IMG/VR virus record: IMGVR_UViG_3300045988_153198
Direction: 5' to 3' (one strand)
Length of the DNA: 64,000 nucleotides
Source: a virus
Shown here: positions 47,501 through 56,239 of the stretch, one piece after another
How the letters are laid out: every line of letters begins with the position of its first letter
Numbering within the stretch: position 1 is the stretch's first letter
The notes under the pieces: generated by a model
Database searches by the model: none
Seen by the model: the letters and a program-made list of their open reading frames with translations, nothing else
Told to the model about the DNA's origin: nothing
Translations under genes and position numbers: made by a program

Positions 47501-50500
47501 CACTTCGGTTAAAAATTCAAGTGATTTAAAATATAAATTCTTAATACTTGATTTTGATAAAATAGCGGTTTGTAAATTGCTACCTTCTGCAAAGTTGACA
47601 GTTACTATTTTAGTATTTGTAATATCCAATTTTTGAATATTTTTACATCCTGTCAAATCCAAGACCTGACCACCATTAGCAGTACCAAGTTGAACAGAAC
47701 CACTACAATTCAATTCTCTAAGATATTTATTGTTACCTAAGATTAATCTACTCATACGAGATGAACCAGACAAATCAAGTTTTAAAATCTTTGTAGCATT
47801 TGCAATCGTCAAATCACGAATATTCAAATCTTCAAGTTTATTAAGTAATTGAATACCTCCAGCAGCACTAATAGTAATTTCCTTATCGGTTGCTTTTACA
47901 GGGAACGTAAATAATGTACCTTGCACTTCTCGTTTTGTATCAGGGTCAATATAAGTTGAGTTCTGTGATACATATGCAGTAATAATAGCATCACGACCAG
48001 AACCAACACTAATAGTTACATACTGAGGAGTATAGGTTAATATACCAATATAAGCTTTTAATGTACTAGCTTCATCTTTGGATTCTTCTGTATTACCTGT
48101 TAATAAATAAGCATCGGTACGTAATGAAATTTCTCCATTGATAGAATTAGTGTTATCTTCAGAATATCTATAATCAAAAATAGTATCGCAAAAATCAAGA
48201 CGTTGAGAAATCCATTGTTTAAATCTTTGCAATCTATTTCCATGTAACATTTTTAAATATTCTGTATTCGTTGCAGATGTTTGAGTAAGATATTTTGCAG
48301 CCATATCTTTATTATAGAAAATCTCACCGATTAAATCAGTTGTGTGAGCTTTATAGTATTTCATAATATAATCTACATCATAAACCGATTTCCTTAAATT
48401 TTGATAAAGCTTTTTCAACTCTTCACTATATTCTTTAGCAAAAGTATTCCAGAATTTTGAGGTTTTGGTATTGTAAGAAGCATATCTCAATTCTGTTAAA
48501 CTATTTGTTGAATAATCAGCAAATGTACCTGTAGCAACAGTAGGAGAAAGGGCTGGAATCATTTCTGCATCAACACCAATACTTTCAGTACCAGTATTTG
48601 CCAAGCCAGCTTGTGTATCCATATCATAAGGACGCACATACCATTTCTTACCATCCCATGTATCCCACATTGAGTTTTTACCAGCATTATCTACTTGACC
48701 AAACACTACCATTTGTAAATAATAAGCAGCAGCATATGTAAAGTCAAAATGCTCTGTGAAATATTCTTTAAAGGTATTATTATTTACTGCATCAGAAACA
48801 CCATTAATCATATCTCTTAATGCACCATAAGCCAGTTCTAAATCATGTTCTGTTGGATTTTCTTTATCTTCCAACTCTGAATAATCATATCTTGCTTCAA
48901 AATCGGCACTAACATAATCATATTCACTATAACTTGCCTGAAATTCGTCAAATGTTTTATAAGTGACAGCCTTTCCTTCAGGAGTTGCTTTAAAATCTTC
49001 CATAGAAAATGCATTTGCAGAAAGTCCATGTGATTTTAAATATGCTACATACGCTTCTTCATAACAATCTTCTACATAATAATTATATACGTTTCTAATT
49101 GATTCACTCAGTTTATAAAAACAACCAGCAGTATCAGAAGCGTTTGCTGTTCCTTCAAAGCTTTGACATTTGTTCTTAATTGGATTACCTTCTTCGTCAG
49201 TAAATTGTTGTCCATTTGAATCTGTTACTTTTACATCAAATCCCAATGTCTTTCCCTTTTTATCAATATTGAACATATATGAACCGACAAGAGTTAATTT
49301 TGATGTATCTTTTTCATCATCTGTATAATAAACAATAACTGGAAATCCATCAATCGCATCTTTATAACCATTTGCTTTTGCTGGACTCTGACCACCTAAA
49401 ATAGTAATTAAATCATTATAGAATTTTGCTGTAGGTGTATTATTAAGATGAGAGCTTTCCATATAATCACATTTAAGAGTAAATGTATTTTCCTTTTCCC
49501 AATCATCTTTCATTTGTACTTTAAGTTTAGAAGTATGTGCTTCGTCAGCATACAATTTTAACTTATAATTCTTTACAGGATATTGCAAAGAAGAAGTACC
49601 CTGAAGAAATACAGAAACATTCTCCCATACAGTAATTGTTCCATCTGGATTCTGAATTTCAACTACACATTCAACATATGTTTTGTTGGATGTTGCTTTA
49701 TCAGTAATAGAGTTAAGAACTTCAAAATTACTGTTATTTTCGATATTTTTTCTTTTGAATGTAATAACTGGAAGCTTATTGGTTGTTATATCATTTTTCT
49801 CTTTTAATGCATTTTGTTCTGTTAAATCATAGATAGATGAAATATAGTTCTGAAGAACCTGACTAGAATCCAAATAATGATTGTAAAGTCTAATCATTTT
49901 AATTTCACATTCACCAAAATATGATGGGATGTTTTGAACCAATGATGCATTTAACATCAGTGGATAAGCATTTCCTAAAGAATCCAAGAACTTATCATTT
50001 GTTAATGCAGTAACAGAACATAAAACACCATTGATATAAATTCTCATAGTAGGAATTGGATTCATATTTTCAATATTTGTCAAACCAACCTTTTCAAGAC
50101 TACGAATATTTCTATCAATAACAAATGTAGCGTGTACCCACTCATCTTCAGCAAAACCAAGATTTGTATTCTGAGAAGATGAACCAATATATAAATCTTC
50201 ATGTGTTACTGAAAAACCAGCGGTGTTTGTATCAACACCTTTCTGACAAGTGACAACTCTTGCTTTCATTTCTCCTACACATCTTGTTCTAAAAACAAGC
50301 TCAAGAGAATATCCTTCAGTACCATCATTAAATCCAGCTAAAGGGCAATATCTTTCGCCAGTATTCTTATTTATCATTTCACCATAAGAATTACCAGTAA
50401 ACTTCAACATCATTTCGCCAGATTCAGAATCACTCAATGATTCATCTACGTGTTTCCAACCATTTGTATTATAGTTTAAATCATGCAGTTTGATTTGATA

Positions 50501-52174
50501 CTGTGAATATTCCGAAACTTTGTTATTCCACTGGTCTGGATTTTCGACATTATTTCTCATATCATTTGCATCAAACCACGCAATCAGATTCTCCATAACA
50601 GGAGTAACACCGTCATAACTAGCTGCTTCAACTGTAAAATATCCCTCGGCAGTATCTACAGATGATTTCTGACTATCCAAAGTATATGACTTCATAGAAT
50701 ATTTATATGTACCAGCAGCAAGCTTACCAACAAACCAGTATGATGTAACACCAACTGTAGATTGCACACCAGCGTCAGGTGTTTTTGCATATTCAGTCAA
50801 AGTTTCATTAGAAGCACCATAGTTTGAAACCTTGTATAATGTACCTTTCATTAATAATAATGAAGTATTTTTACCACTTACACGATAAGGAATACTAAGA
50901 TACATATTTGTATTGATTCCATTCGGGTCTAACTCTGATACAATAGAAATTTCTCCATTTGACAAAACATTGATAGAATATGATAATGCTGAAGAAACCA
51001 ATGTATTTCCAGAAGCATCATCAATACTTGTTCCTGTATATGCCTGTAAAGTAATTGTATATGTTCCACGTTTCTTTAATCCAACATACCAAGTTCCTGT
51101 TTTTGCATAACTACCTGTATTGATAATTTCTTGAGAAGAAGTGCCATCATCCTTCATAATACGGCATAGGATTTTTACAACCTGAGAAGTATCACTACAC
51201 TTTACAGAGTATGGCACATTAATAGCAGTTGTTTCCTCAAAAACTGTATTATTAATAATAGAACCAAAGGTACTTGTTAATGTCAGACCTCCGCATACTA
51301 CTGTAAATAACAAATCTTCTGGAGCAGCAATTCCAAGATAGTCTGCACCACTAATTCTATATGTAGAAGTTCCTTCTGTAGTCAGAGTTCCTAAATCAAT
51401 GGCAATCGTACCTTTAGGAGAAGTAATTGTTTTAAGTAAAACATTGTCTTTATAAACTCTCAGTGTACAATCACCATAGGTTGTAGATGTAAAACGAACA
51501 AAAATAATTGCATTATCGCCAACACTATAATAAATTTTCTTTCCTTGTGGGAAATCAGAAGTATATGAAAGCTCTGGAACATTACCTCCACCACCGCCTG
51601 AACCACTAGAGAAAATTTCCCATCCAGTATTATCAATAGTACCAATTAACTGATATGTTTTATTGTTATTTGAATCCTCATCGTCTGTAACAACAACTAA
51701 CATACCAATTCTTCTATCGGACTCTAAAATAGCATCACGTTCTTCGATAGTGTCAACAATCTTTAAATACCCACTATCCTTTTTTAATCGTTCAAATACT
51801 CTTTCAAGATAAGCAGAAGAGTAAGTAGTGCTTGCACTTGACTCCACATCATTAATACCAATTTTGTCTGCAATAATACCATTTACCGCAGCAATAGCAT
51901 CCTGAATCTGTTGCAACTGAGTATTTGTTGTAGATTCGACATATTCAACTAATTCTGTCAATTGTTTTATATTCAAATCATATTTTTCAATTGTTGTCTG
52001 TAGAGCATTAATATCAATAACACAAGTTAAATCTTTCCATTTGGTTTTTCCATCACCAAATTTAATCATAAACTTGTCTGTACAAAATGACATTTCGCCT
52101 TCTTTAAGAACAGGATTTACCTTTTCCCAATTAGCTTTTGTGTCTCTACGGATTCTAATACTAACACAAGCCAT
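44519..52174 (-). CDS. Giant multidomain tail fibre / receptor-binding protein (2551 aa)
   Basis: Mtd_N-like N-terminus (IRRDTKANWEKVNPVL...KFGDGKTKWKDL). LamG-like region at ~49870-50420. CotH-like region at ~48200-49650 (GTSSLQYPVKNYKLKL, GKNSMWDTWDGKKWYVRPYDMD). Classical LRRs at ~47000-47850. Long BspA-type LRR array at ~44560-46950. Confidence 0.8.
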   Translation of the reverse strand: MACVSIRIRRDTKANWEKVNPVLKEGEMSFCTDKFMIKFGDGKTKWKDLTCVIDINALQTTIEKYDLNIKQLTELVEYVESTTNTQLQQIQDAIAAVNGIIADKIGINDVESSASTTYSSAYLERVFERLKKDSGYLKIVDTIEERDAILESDRRIGMLVVVTDDEDSNNNKTYQLIGTIDNTGWEIFSSGSGGGGGNVPELSYTSDFPQGKKIYYSVGDNAIIFVRFTSTTYGDCTLRVYKDNVLLKTITSPKGTIAIDLGTLTTEGTSTYRISGADYLGIAAPEDLLFTVVCGGLTLTSTFGSIINNTVFEETTAINVPYSVKCSDTSQVVKILCRIMKDDGTSSQEIINTGSYAKTGTWYVGLKKRGTYTITLQAYTGTSIDDASGNTLVSSALSYSINVLSNGEISIVSELDPNGINTNMYLSIPYRVSGKNTSLLLMKGTLYKVSNYGASNETLTEYAKTPDAGVQSTVGVTSYWFVGKLAAGTYKYSMKSYTLDSQKSSVDTAEGYFTVEAASYDGVTPVMENLIAWFDANDMRNNVENPDQWNNKVSEYSQYQIKLHDLNYNTNGWKHVDESLSDSESGEMMLKFTGNSYGEMINKNTGERYCPLAGFNDGTEGYSLELVFRTRCVGEMKARVVTCQKGVDTNTAGFSVTHEDLYIGSSSQNTNLGFAEDEWVHATFVIDRNIRSLEKVGLTNIENMNPIPTMRIYINGVLCSVTALTNDKFLDSLGNAYPLMLNASLVQNIPSYFGECEIKMIRLYNHYLDSSQVLQNYISSIYDLTEQNALKEKNDITTNKLPVITFKRKNIENNSNFEVLNSITDKATSNKTYVECVVEIQNPDGTITVWENVSVFLQGTSSLQYPVKNYKLKLYADEAHTSKLKVQMKDDWEKENTFTLKCDYMESSHLNNTPTAKFYNDLITILGGQSPAKANGYKDAIDGFPVIVYYTDDEKDTSKLTLVGSYMFNIDKKGKTLGFDVKVTDSNGQQFTDEEGNPIKNKCQSFEGTANASDTAGCFYKLSESIRNVYNYYVEDCYEEAYVAYLKSHGLSANAFSMEDFKATPEGKAVTYKTFDEFQASYSEYDYVSADFEARYDYSELEDKENPTEHDLELAYGALRDMINGVSDAVNNNTFKEYFTEHFDFTYAAAYYLQMVVFGQVDNAGKNSMWDTWDGKKWYVRPYDMDTQAGLANTGTESIGVDAEMIPALSPTVATGTFADYSTNSLTELRYASYNTKTSKFWNTFAKEYSEELKKLYQNLRKSVYDVDYIMKYYKAHTTDLIGEIFYNKDMAAKYLTQTSATNTEYLKMLHGNRLQRFKQWISQRLDFCDTIFDYRYSEDNTNSINGEISLRTDAYLLTGNTEESKDEASTLKAYIGILTYTPQYVTISVGSGRDAIITAYVSQNSTYIDPDTKREVQGTLFTFPVKATDKEITISAAGGIQLLNKLEDLNIRDLTIANATKILKLDLSGSSRMSRLILGNNKYLRELNCSGSVQLGTANGGQVLDLTGCKNIQKLDITNTKIVTVNFAEGSNLQTAILSKSSIKNLYFKSLEFLTEVNIDGCNSITEYIIDSCSAIKNVSLSGSPVVIFNAINCKNLQSVDVSNCKVLETFELTNCPNIYQLLMSNNNGSMMNDLHLYTLYKLKKLDVSNSTSLKNIRLPKYISQDEANRVAALKANNPNLTDEECNAQLWNVLETLNIRSSSIISIQYGSAEIAESDRKCDMKQLSKLSSISFQNCTSIKAIENINYVTSNMDALFDGCNSLQRVTGYLKCTSLARYLFRYCYVLTDINNLTFDFAGVTDISYLFYVNGGNGGTPTYAMARKVLYACDESLKNINDLMWGCKTEQTIPSDLFAHTPNITTASCAFISNKLTKIPKALFDNLTKLQNASYMFYVCRDLVSIDQNVFEKAVSLVDVSRMFGECTNLVNFIHSNCNIFANTPNITSTYAMFHNCIKLINTNGLSGMLDPLVNLKDASYMFYGCAALTGNVPNGFFAKNVLLTTANGVFAGCSKITGLPSRLFRVKESDDNELPYLTAAKSMFYDCTALTGDVQSDFFIGASNLKQIGQAITDNLPMSSYRYTLYGFFGNTKIEGYFEDFLATLPNLLDASYLFYHSSGTNNEALKYCYYRENGVEKEYTNSLSINMFNGNPLLQNVSNAFRYCKGLKGCIPYKEVNGKIISIFEPCKNNIIDASYMFDNCTLLSGTDLDNSVMVGIKKELFKDCIKLQTVKQFFGSNSNHSFTIPTGLFDGCISLKDTSYLFYNCALLQGSIPVSLFNSCRETLEDVSYMFWGCLELSGELPTGSKDESGNITQKGFLADCLKLKSASYLFYDCEGLTGGIPDDIFYTSSITDKYTELKDISGMFRKCRGLNAAYHDESLDVDYICASDMFAKCVALTTIAAIFRECFKLPACSIPQNLFAKQTALQYANEAFYGIDNLTGAITNTFMINCINTLVNAYGMFAFTNISSVSSGFLHGELKNTKLKYIGALFYRCSNISGTVPFFWDGNTFSAIVSDTTGYFGALYNCSKLSNYAAANAVSTNWTKNLDIYAR

Positions 52175-52188
52175 ATTTTCACCTTCCT

Positions 52189-52881
52189 TTATCCATTATT
52201 ATTTTCACAATTTCCACCATCAATCTGGAACATATAATCAGGATTTGTATAAGCATTGCCACCATCAATGTCATATAGCAAACCATCGACAGTTTCTTTT
52301 GCTTTTAATGTTTCAGAGGTAGCCTTTTCACATTCCTGTGTTTGGTCTTTGCAAGCCTGAATAGCAGCAGCAGTAGATACCTGTCTATTTGTTTCGTTCT
52401 CTATTCTTTGATTTTCATTTGAAATACGTGTATTCTCATTTGATACACGTATTGCTTCAGCATTTTTTACTTCTTCATGGAATTGATGTACTTCTGCAAT
52501 CAAATCCTCAATGTACACAACATTTAGATTATCTACATACTCAAAATCTGTAGGTTGTGGTTTAGGTCTTACAGGTATTCTAATTACATCAACTGTTTTT
52601 CCACTTTTTTCTTTTTCATTATTTGTTCCTTTATATAAATAAACGTAAGCAGTAATAGTGTATGGTTCTCTCAATAGAGTATTTGGAACATCAACCGTAA
52701 TCACTCCATCTTTTAATACAGACTTTACTCCTAATGCACGTTCACTATTCTTGTTACAAAAATGAAAAATTGGTGCTATATCAAAATCAGAATCCTCAAT
52801 TATAAGTGATTGGTTAGTATCCCATTGAGTTAAACTTGTTACAATATCACCATTTGAATCCAAACAAGTTACTTCGTACAT
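52189..52881 (-). CDS. Baseplate/fibre-associated protein (BppU-like N-terminus)
   Basis: N-terminal beta-rich region, central coiled coil and C-terminal IDGGNA repeats. Sits directly upstream of the giant fibre. Confidence 0.45.
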   Translation of the reverse strand: MYEVTCLDSNGDIVTSLTQWDTNQSLIIEDSDFDIAPIFHFCNKNSERALGVKSVLKDGVITVDVPNTLLREPYTITAYVYLYKGTNNEKEKSGKTVDVIRIPVRPKPQPTDFEYVDNLNVVYIEDLIAEVHQFHEEVKNAEAIRVSNENTRISNENQRIENETNRQVSTAAAIQACKDQTQECEKATSETLKAKETVDGLLYDIDGGNAYTNPDYMFQIDGGNCENNNG

Positions 52882-52921
52882 ACACTTTTCCTCCTTTTTT
52901 CGTTCTTTTCGTATTTAAAAT

Positions 52922-52942
52922 CACCCCTCATATAGAGGGGTG
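52922..52942 (-). terminator. Hairpin terminator
   Basis: CACCCCTC / GAGGGGTG stem with a 5-nt loop, followed on the minus strand by ATTTTAAAT. Confidence 0.5.
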
Positions 52943-52948
52943 TGCCAA

Positions 52949-53275
52949 TTAATTTTCATTTCTTTTATCAGGTCTTTTTGTTGGTAAACTCATGAATTTC
53001 TCATGAATATCATCCATAACACCATTCGCACCAAGCCCATGATATTGCTTCCAACAGTTTTCAAAATTTTCTCTTGCATAAATTGGAGCATATTCTTTTT
53101 CGCTCCATCGGTTATAATCGTTAATCATTTGACTTCTAAGCAGTGCTTGAAGTCCATATTTGACAGCTTTCGTTTCTTCGTCATTCTTTTTTAACTTCTT
53201 ATAAATCCAACCGCATACAGTAAATAATGAAGGCACTCCCAAAAGACATAGAATTTGATAAAATGTCAATGTCAT
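52949..53275 (-). CDS. Membrane-anchored small protein (holin-like candidate)
   Basis: N-terminal TM segment ILCLLGVPSLFTVCGWIY followed by a charged soluble domain. Directly follows the endolysin. Confidence 0.4.
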   Translation of the reverse strand: MTLTFYQILCLLGVPSLFTVCGWIYKKLKKNDEETKAVKYGLQALLRSQMINDYNRWSEKEYAPIYARENFENCWKQYHGLGANGVMDDIHEKFMSLPTKRPDKRNEN

Positions 53276-53302
53276 ATAGACTTCCTCCTAATATAAAAAT
53301 TA

Positions 53303-53324
53303 GAGGGTGAATATATTCACCCTC
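53303..53324 (-). terminator. Palindromic hairpin terminator
   Basis: GAGGGTGAAT-AT-ATTCACCCTC, followed on the minus strand by TAATTTTTAT. Confidence 0.55.
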
Positions 53325-53331
53325 CGATAAG

Positions 53332-53348
53332 AGTATAACCTTAACAGT
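53332..53348 (-). promoter_or_regulatory. Recurrent 17-mer, copy 7 (minus strand, ACTGTTAAGGTTATACT)
   Basis: 15/17 match. Oriented with minus-strand transcription and touches the endolysin stop. As at copy 1, a hairpin follows it before the next gene. Confidence 0.5.
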
Positions 53349-55084
53349 TACGCTCGTTTAAGATATTTGCTTGATACGAAACCTGTAATTGTTCCATACT
53401 GTACTAAATACCAGTTTGTTCCATTTACAGCAGTATAATATCCATAGCAATGTACAGTTCCACCACAAGGAATAGTAGTGATAACTTTAAAGCTTGTGCC
53501 AGCACCAGTTCTGAGATTTAATGCATCAGTTGTTTTATATGTACCAGCATAAGCAGATTTTTTAGATTCTGCATAAGATAATTTGTTTGATGAAGATGCA
53601 TTAGAGGAATTAGATGTAGATTCCTTTTTTACATATCCAGAATGAACAAATCCATACTTACCGTTATATTTAATATAATACCAAACAGAACCATCAGAAG
53701 CTTTCTGAGAAGCACATACACCAATTCTAGTTCCTTTCTTTAAAGGACTAAATGAACAAGTTTTGTTTTTTGTTCCAGCCCATGTTCTCACATTTAACTC
53801 ATCTGTTGTAATGCCATACCACTGTACAGTTTTACTTAATGTACCACTGGTTTGAGTATTATTAGATGGAGTAGAAGGAGCTGCTGGAGTAGAAGTATTT
53901 CCAGAAGAGCTGCTACTTGTTGCTTTACTTGAATATTTCGGTAAACAGAATCCTCTAATATATCTACCATTTACCGCAATTTCACGATATGCAACACGAT
54001 TATTTCTATTTCCTTCAATAACAGTAATTGTATTTCCACTAACAGAAACTACAATACCTACATGGTCTGGATAACCTGTACAATCTCCAGCACCATTATC
54101 ATTCCAGTAATACATAATAATATCGCCAACTTTAGGTACATAAGCATCGTTTTCTTCCCAACGACCAAGTTTACGATATAACTCAATCATTGCTCCACAA
54201 CCACACTCAGTTGGCATAATATCAGTTAATCCGCACTGAATTGAAATAAAGCTGACAAATGTTGCACACCAAGCATCGGTATAAGTTACTTTATAACTTC
54301 TTGCCAATGGTTTATGTGCATTATATCCATCAATAATTTTTCTGTGAGAACCATCTGCTTCATTACAACCTAAATACTTCTTAGCTGTTTCGACAACTTT
54401 CTGTCTCAATTCATTTTCCGTCATAGTCTTACCTCCTGTAGTATTTGATGTTGAAGAAGTATGTAAATACTTCTTCAGTGAGTTGTAAACCATTTTCTGC
54501 CTTGATTTATATGCACCCACCTGATTACCTGTATCGGTTTGGCAAGCTGCATACAAATTGTCTAATGTATAAGGTTTCCTTGTTTTTGCGACAACTCTCT
54601 TCATTGCGGATAAACCACCTTGATGTCTAAAATTAGCACACATCATTTGTGCTGCCACATCGGTAACACCTAATGTTGCTGCTTCATCAATGTATTTCTG
54701 CATCTGAGAATCAATTAAAGAATCCTGACATTTAATGCCTACATTAGAACTGATAATTTTCTGAATACATTTAGCTTTTGCAGACCTTTTTGATAGCTTA
54801 TAAGTAGACCAATCTTTTGAATCCAAATCACTTCCAATACCAGCAGTATCTAATTTCTTAAACAAAGCTGAATCAGTAGTGCGAATAAGTTTCAAAAGTC
54901 TTTGGGCTTCAGTTGCATACCAAGCACCGCCACCAATTGTAATTGCGTGTTCTGAAGAAGAATTAGTATATGCTTCTGTGAAATCGTCATAACGAACACC
55001 GCCATATACCTGTCCTCCAGTTTCTACCGCATAAATGATTTTTCTAATTACTTCTTTTTGTGCATTTGTAAGATTTACAGACAT
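53348..55084 (-). CDS. Multidomain endolysin (uncharacterised N-terminal domain, CHAP/NlpC-P60 domain, two SH3b-like domains)
   Basis: CHAP-type Cys/His context DAWCATFVSF and HVGIVVSVSGNTITVIEGN. Two C-terminal SH3-like repeats (LNVRTWAG..., LNLRTGAG...). Confidence 0.8.
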   Translation of the reverse strand: MSVNLTNAQKEVIRKIIYAVETGGQVYGGVRYDDFTEAYTNSSSEHAITIGGGAWYATEAQRLLKLIRTTDSALFKKLDTAGIGSDLDSKDWSTYKLSKRSAKAKCIQKIISSNVGIKCQDSLIDSQMQKYIDEAATLGVTDVAAQMMCANFRHQGGLSAMKRVVAKTRKPYTLDNLYAACQTDTGNQVGAYKSRQKMVYNSLKKYLHTSSTSNTTGGKTMTENELRQKVVETAKKYLGCNEADGSHRKIIDGYNAHKPLARSYKVTYTDAWCATFVSFISIQCGLTDIMPTECGCGAMIELYRKLGRWEENDAYVPKVGDIIMYYWNDNGAGDCTGYPDHVGIVVSVSGNTITVIEGNRNNRVAYREIAVNGRYIRGFCLPKYSSKATSSSSSGNTSTPAAPSTPSNNTQTSGTLSKTVQWYGITTDELNVRTWAGTKNKTCSFSPLKKGTRIGVCASQKASDGSVWYYIKYNGKYGFVHSGYVKKESTSNSSNASSSNKLSYAESKKSAYAGTYKTTDALNLRTGAGTSFKVITTIPCGGTVHCYGYYTAVNGTNWYLVQYGTITGFVSSKYLKRA

Positions 55085-55112
55085 AACAATCCTCCTTTAA
55101 CACAATAAAAAA

Positions 55113-55137
55113 GGACGATGCTTTATCAGCACCATCC
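55113..55137 (-). terminator. Rho-independent terminator
   Basis: Minus strand reads GGATGGTGCT-GATAA-AGCATCGTCC followed by TTTTTTATT. Confidence 0.55.
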
Positions 55138-55158
55138 TCTTAAAACTGTTATTTTATG

Positions 55159-55551
55159 TTACTTACCAGAAGCTTTGTTGCTATCAATTACTTTTCTGAG
55201 TTCAACCAAAGCATCATCAATTGCATCATCAATGTATTTTGTCAATTCTGTCTGGTCAACAACTTTTGACAAAATAGGATATTCTTTATAAATTTCTGCA
55301 ATTACCTGAGAACGCTTAATACTTCCAGCTTTATTCCATTCTTCATAATCAACTTCTGCATCAGAAATCTTTTTAAGAATAACCTGTTTAATCTGAGCTT
55401 TAGCAATTTTAATTTTTTCATCATCACTTTTACTCAAATAGTCCTGTGTTTTCTTTACAATACCAACAATCAAACCAGCACACACCAGAATAGTAGTCCA
55501 GTTATCATTGATAATATTAAGAAAATTTTGTAATCCTGTAAGAAAATTCAT
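55159..55551 (-). CDS. Holin candidate (LL-H-like: one N-terminal TM and a long charged tail)
   Basis: TM segment WTTILVCAGLIVGIV. Lies immediately upstream of the endolysin. Confidence 0.5.
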   Translation of the reverse strand: MNFLTGLQNFLNIINDNWTTILVCAGLIVGIVKKTQDYLSKSDDEKIKIAKAQIKQVILKKISDAEVDYEEWNKAGSIKRSQVIAEIYKEYPILSKVVDQTELTKYIDDAIDDALVELRKVIDSNKASGK

Positions 55552-55563
55552 ATATAAATCCTC

Positions 55564-55971
55564 CTATCCTTGAGCATCAGAAGAACTTGATTCTTCTGAA
55601 TTATTTTGACTATTCTCAATATCCAATTGAGCCATAGCGGTTTCATACACAATTCCACCAGATGTATTTTCAGCTTTAGATTTACTGTAGTACCCCCAAA
55701 TAATAGGAGCTAAAGCTACAGGAATACCAATTAATACATACATAGAACTTGTATCCATAAGTTTTAACATTGCGTATTCACAGAATATTACAATTTCAAC
55801 ACATAATAGAATAATTCCCAAGAGAACAATTTTACTCATAGAAAAAGTTTTCTTCTTAGGCTTACCCTTTTTTCGTTCTTCTTTTAATTCTGCTTTTCGC
55901 TTTTTGGTTAAATTTGCTGCCCTGATTCTTTTCATCTGAGCATTAAATTCTTTTTCTGAAAGATATTTCAT
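55564..55971 (-). CDS. Two-TM membrane protein (second holin/antiholin candidate)
   Basis: Start set to ATG 55971 behind AAGGTGG. TM segments IVLLGIILLCVEIVIFC and VLIGIPVALAPIIWGYY. Confidence 0.45.
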   Translation of the reverse strand: MKYLSEKEFNAQMKRIRAANLTKKRKAELKEERKKGKPKKKTFSMSKIVLLGIILLCVEIVIFCEYAMLKLMDTSSMYVLIGIPVALAPIIWGYYSKSKAENTSGGIVYETAMAQLDIENSQNNSEESSSSDAQG

Positions 55972-55985
55972 TGGAATCACCACCT

Positions 55986-56222
55986 TTAACTTTCAGACTT
56001 GTCCTTTTCAATATCCTTATCTAAATCTTCCTGTTCTTTTGCAATAGCCTGTTCATACTGAAGTTTATCAATTTCATACTGCCTTTTTGAAGCAGCATGA
56101 GCTTCCTGTAAAAATGTACTTAAAATAGGCTCTATTACAAAAGGTGGAAGTCCAGATGTATTAATAATTTCTGCCAACTTTGTTTTGGTTTCTTCTATAA
56201 CCAATGTAACAGGTTTTTTCAT
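55986..56222 (-). CDS. Hypothetical protein
   Basis: 78 codons between Tal and the lysis genes. Confidence 0.45.
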   Translation of the reverse strand: MKKPVTLVIEETKTKLAEIINTSGLPPFVIEPILSTFLQEAHAASKRQYEIDKLQYEQAIAKEQEDLDKDIEKDKSES

Positions 56223-56239
56223 ATTGTCACCTCGCCTTA

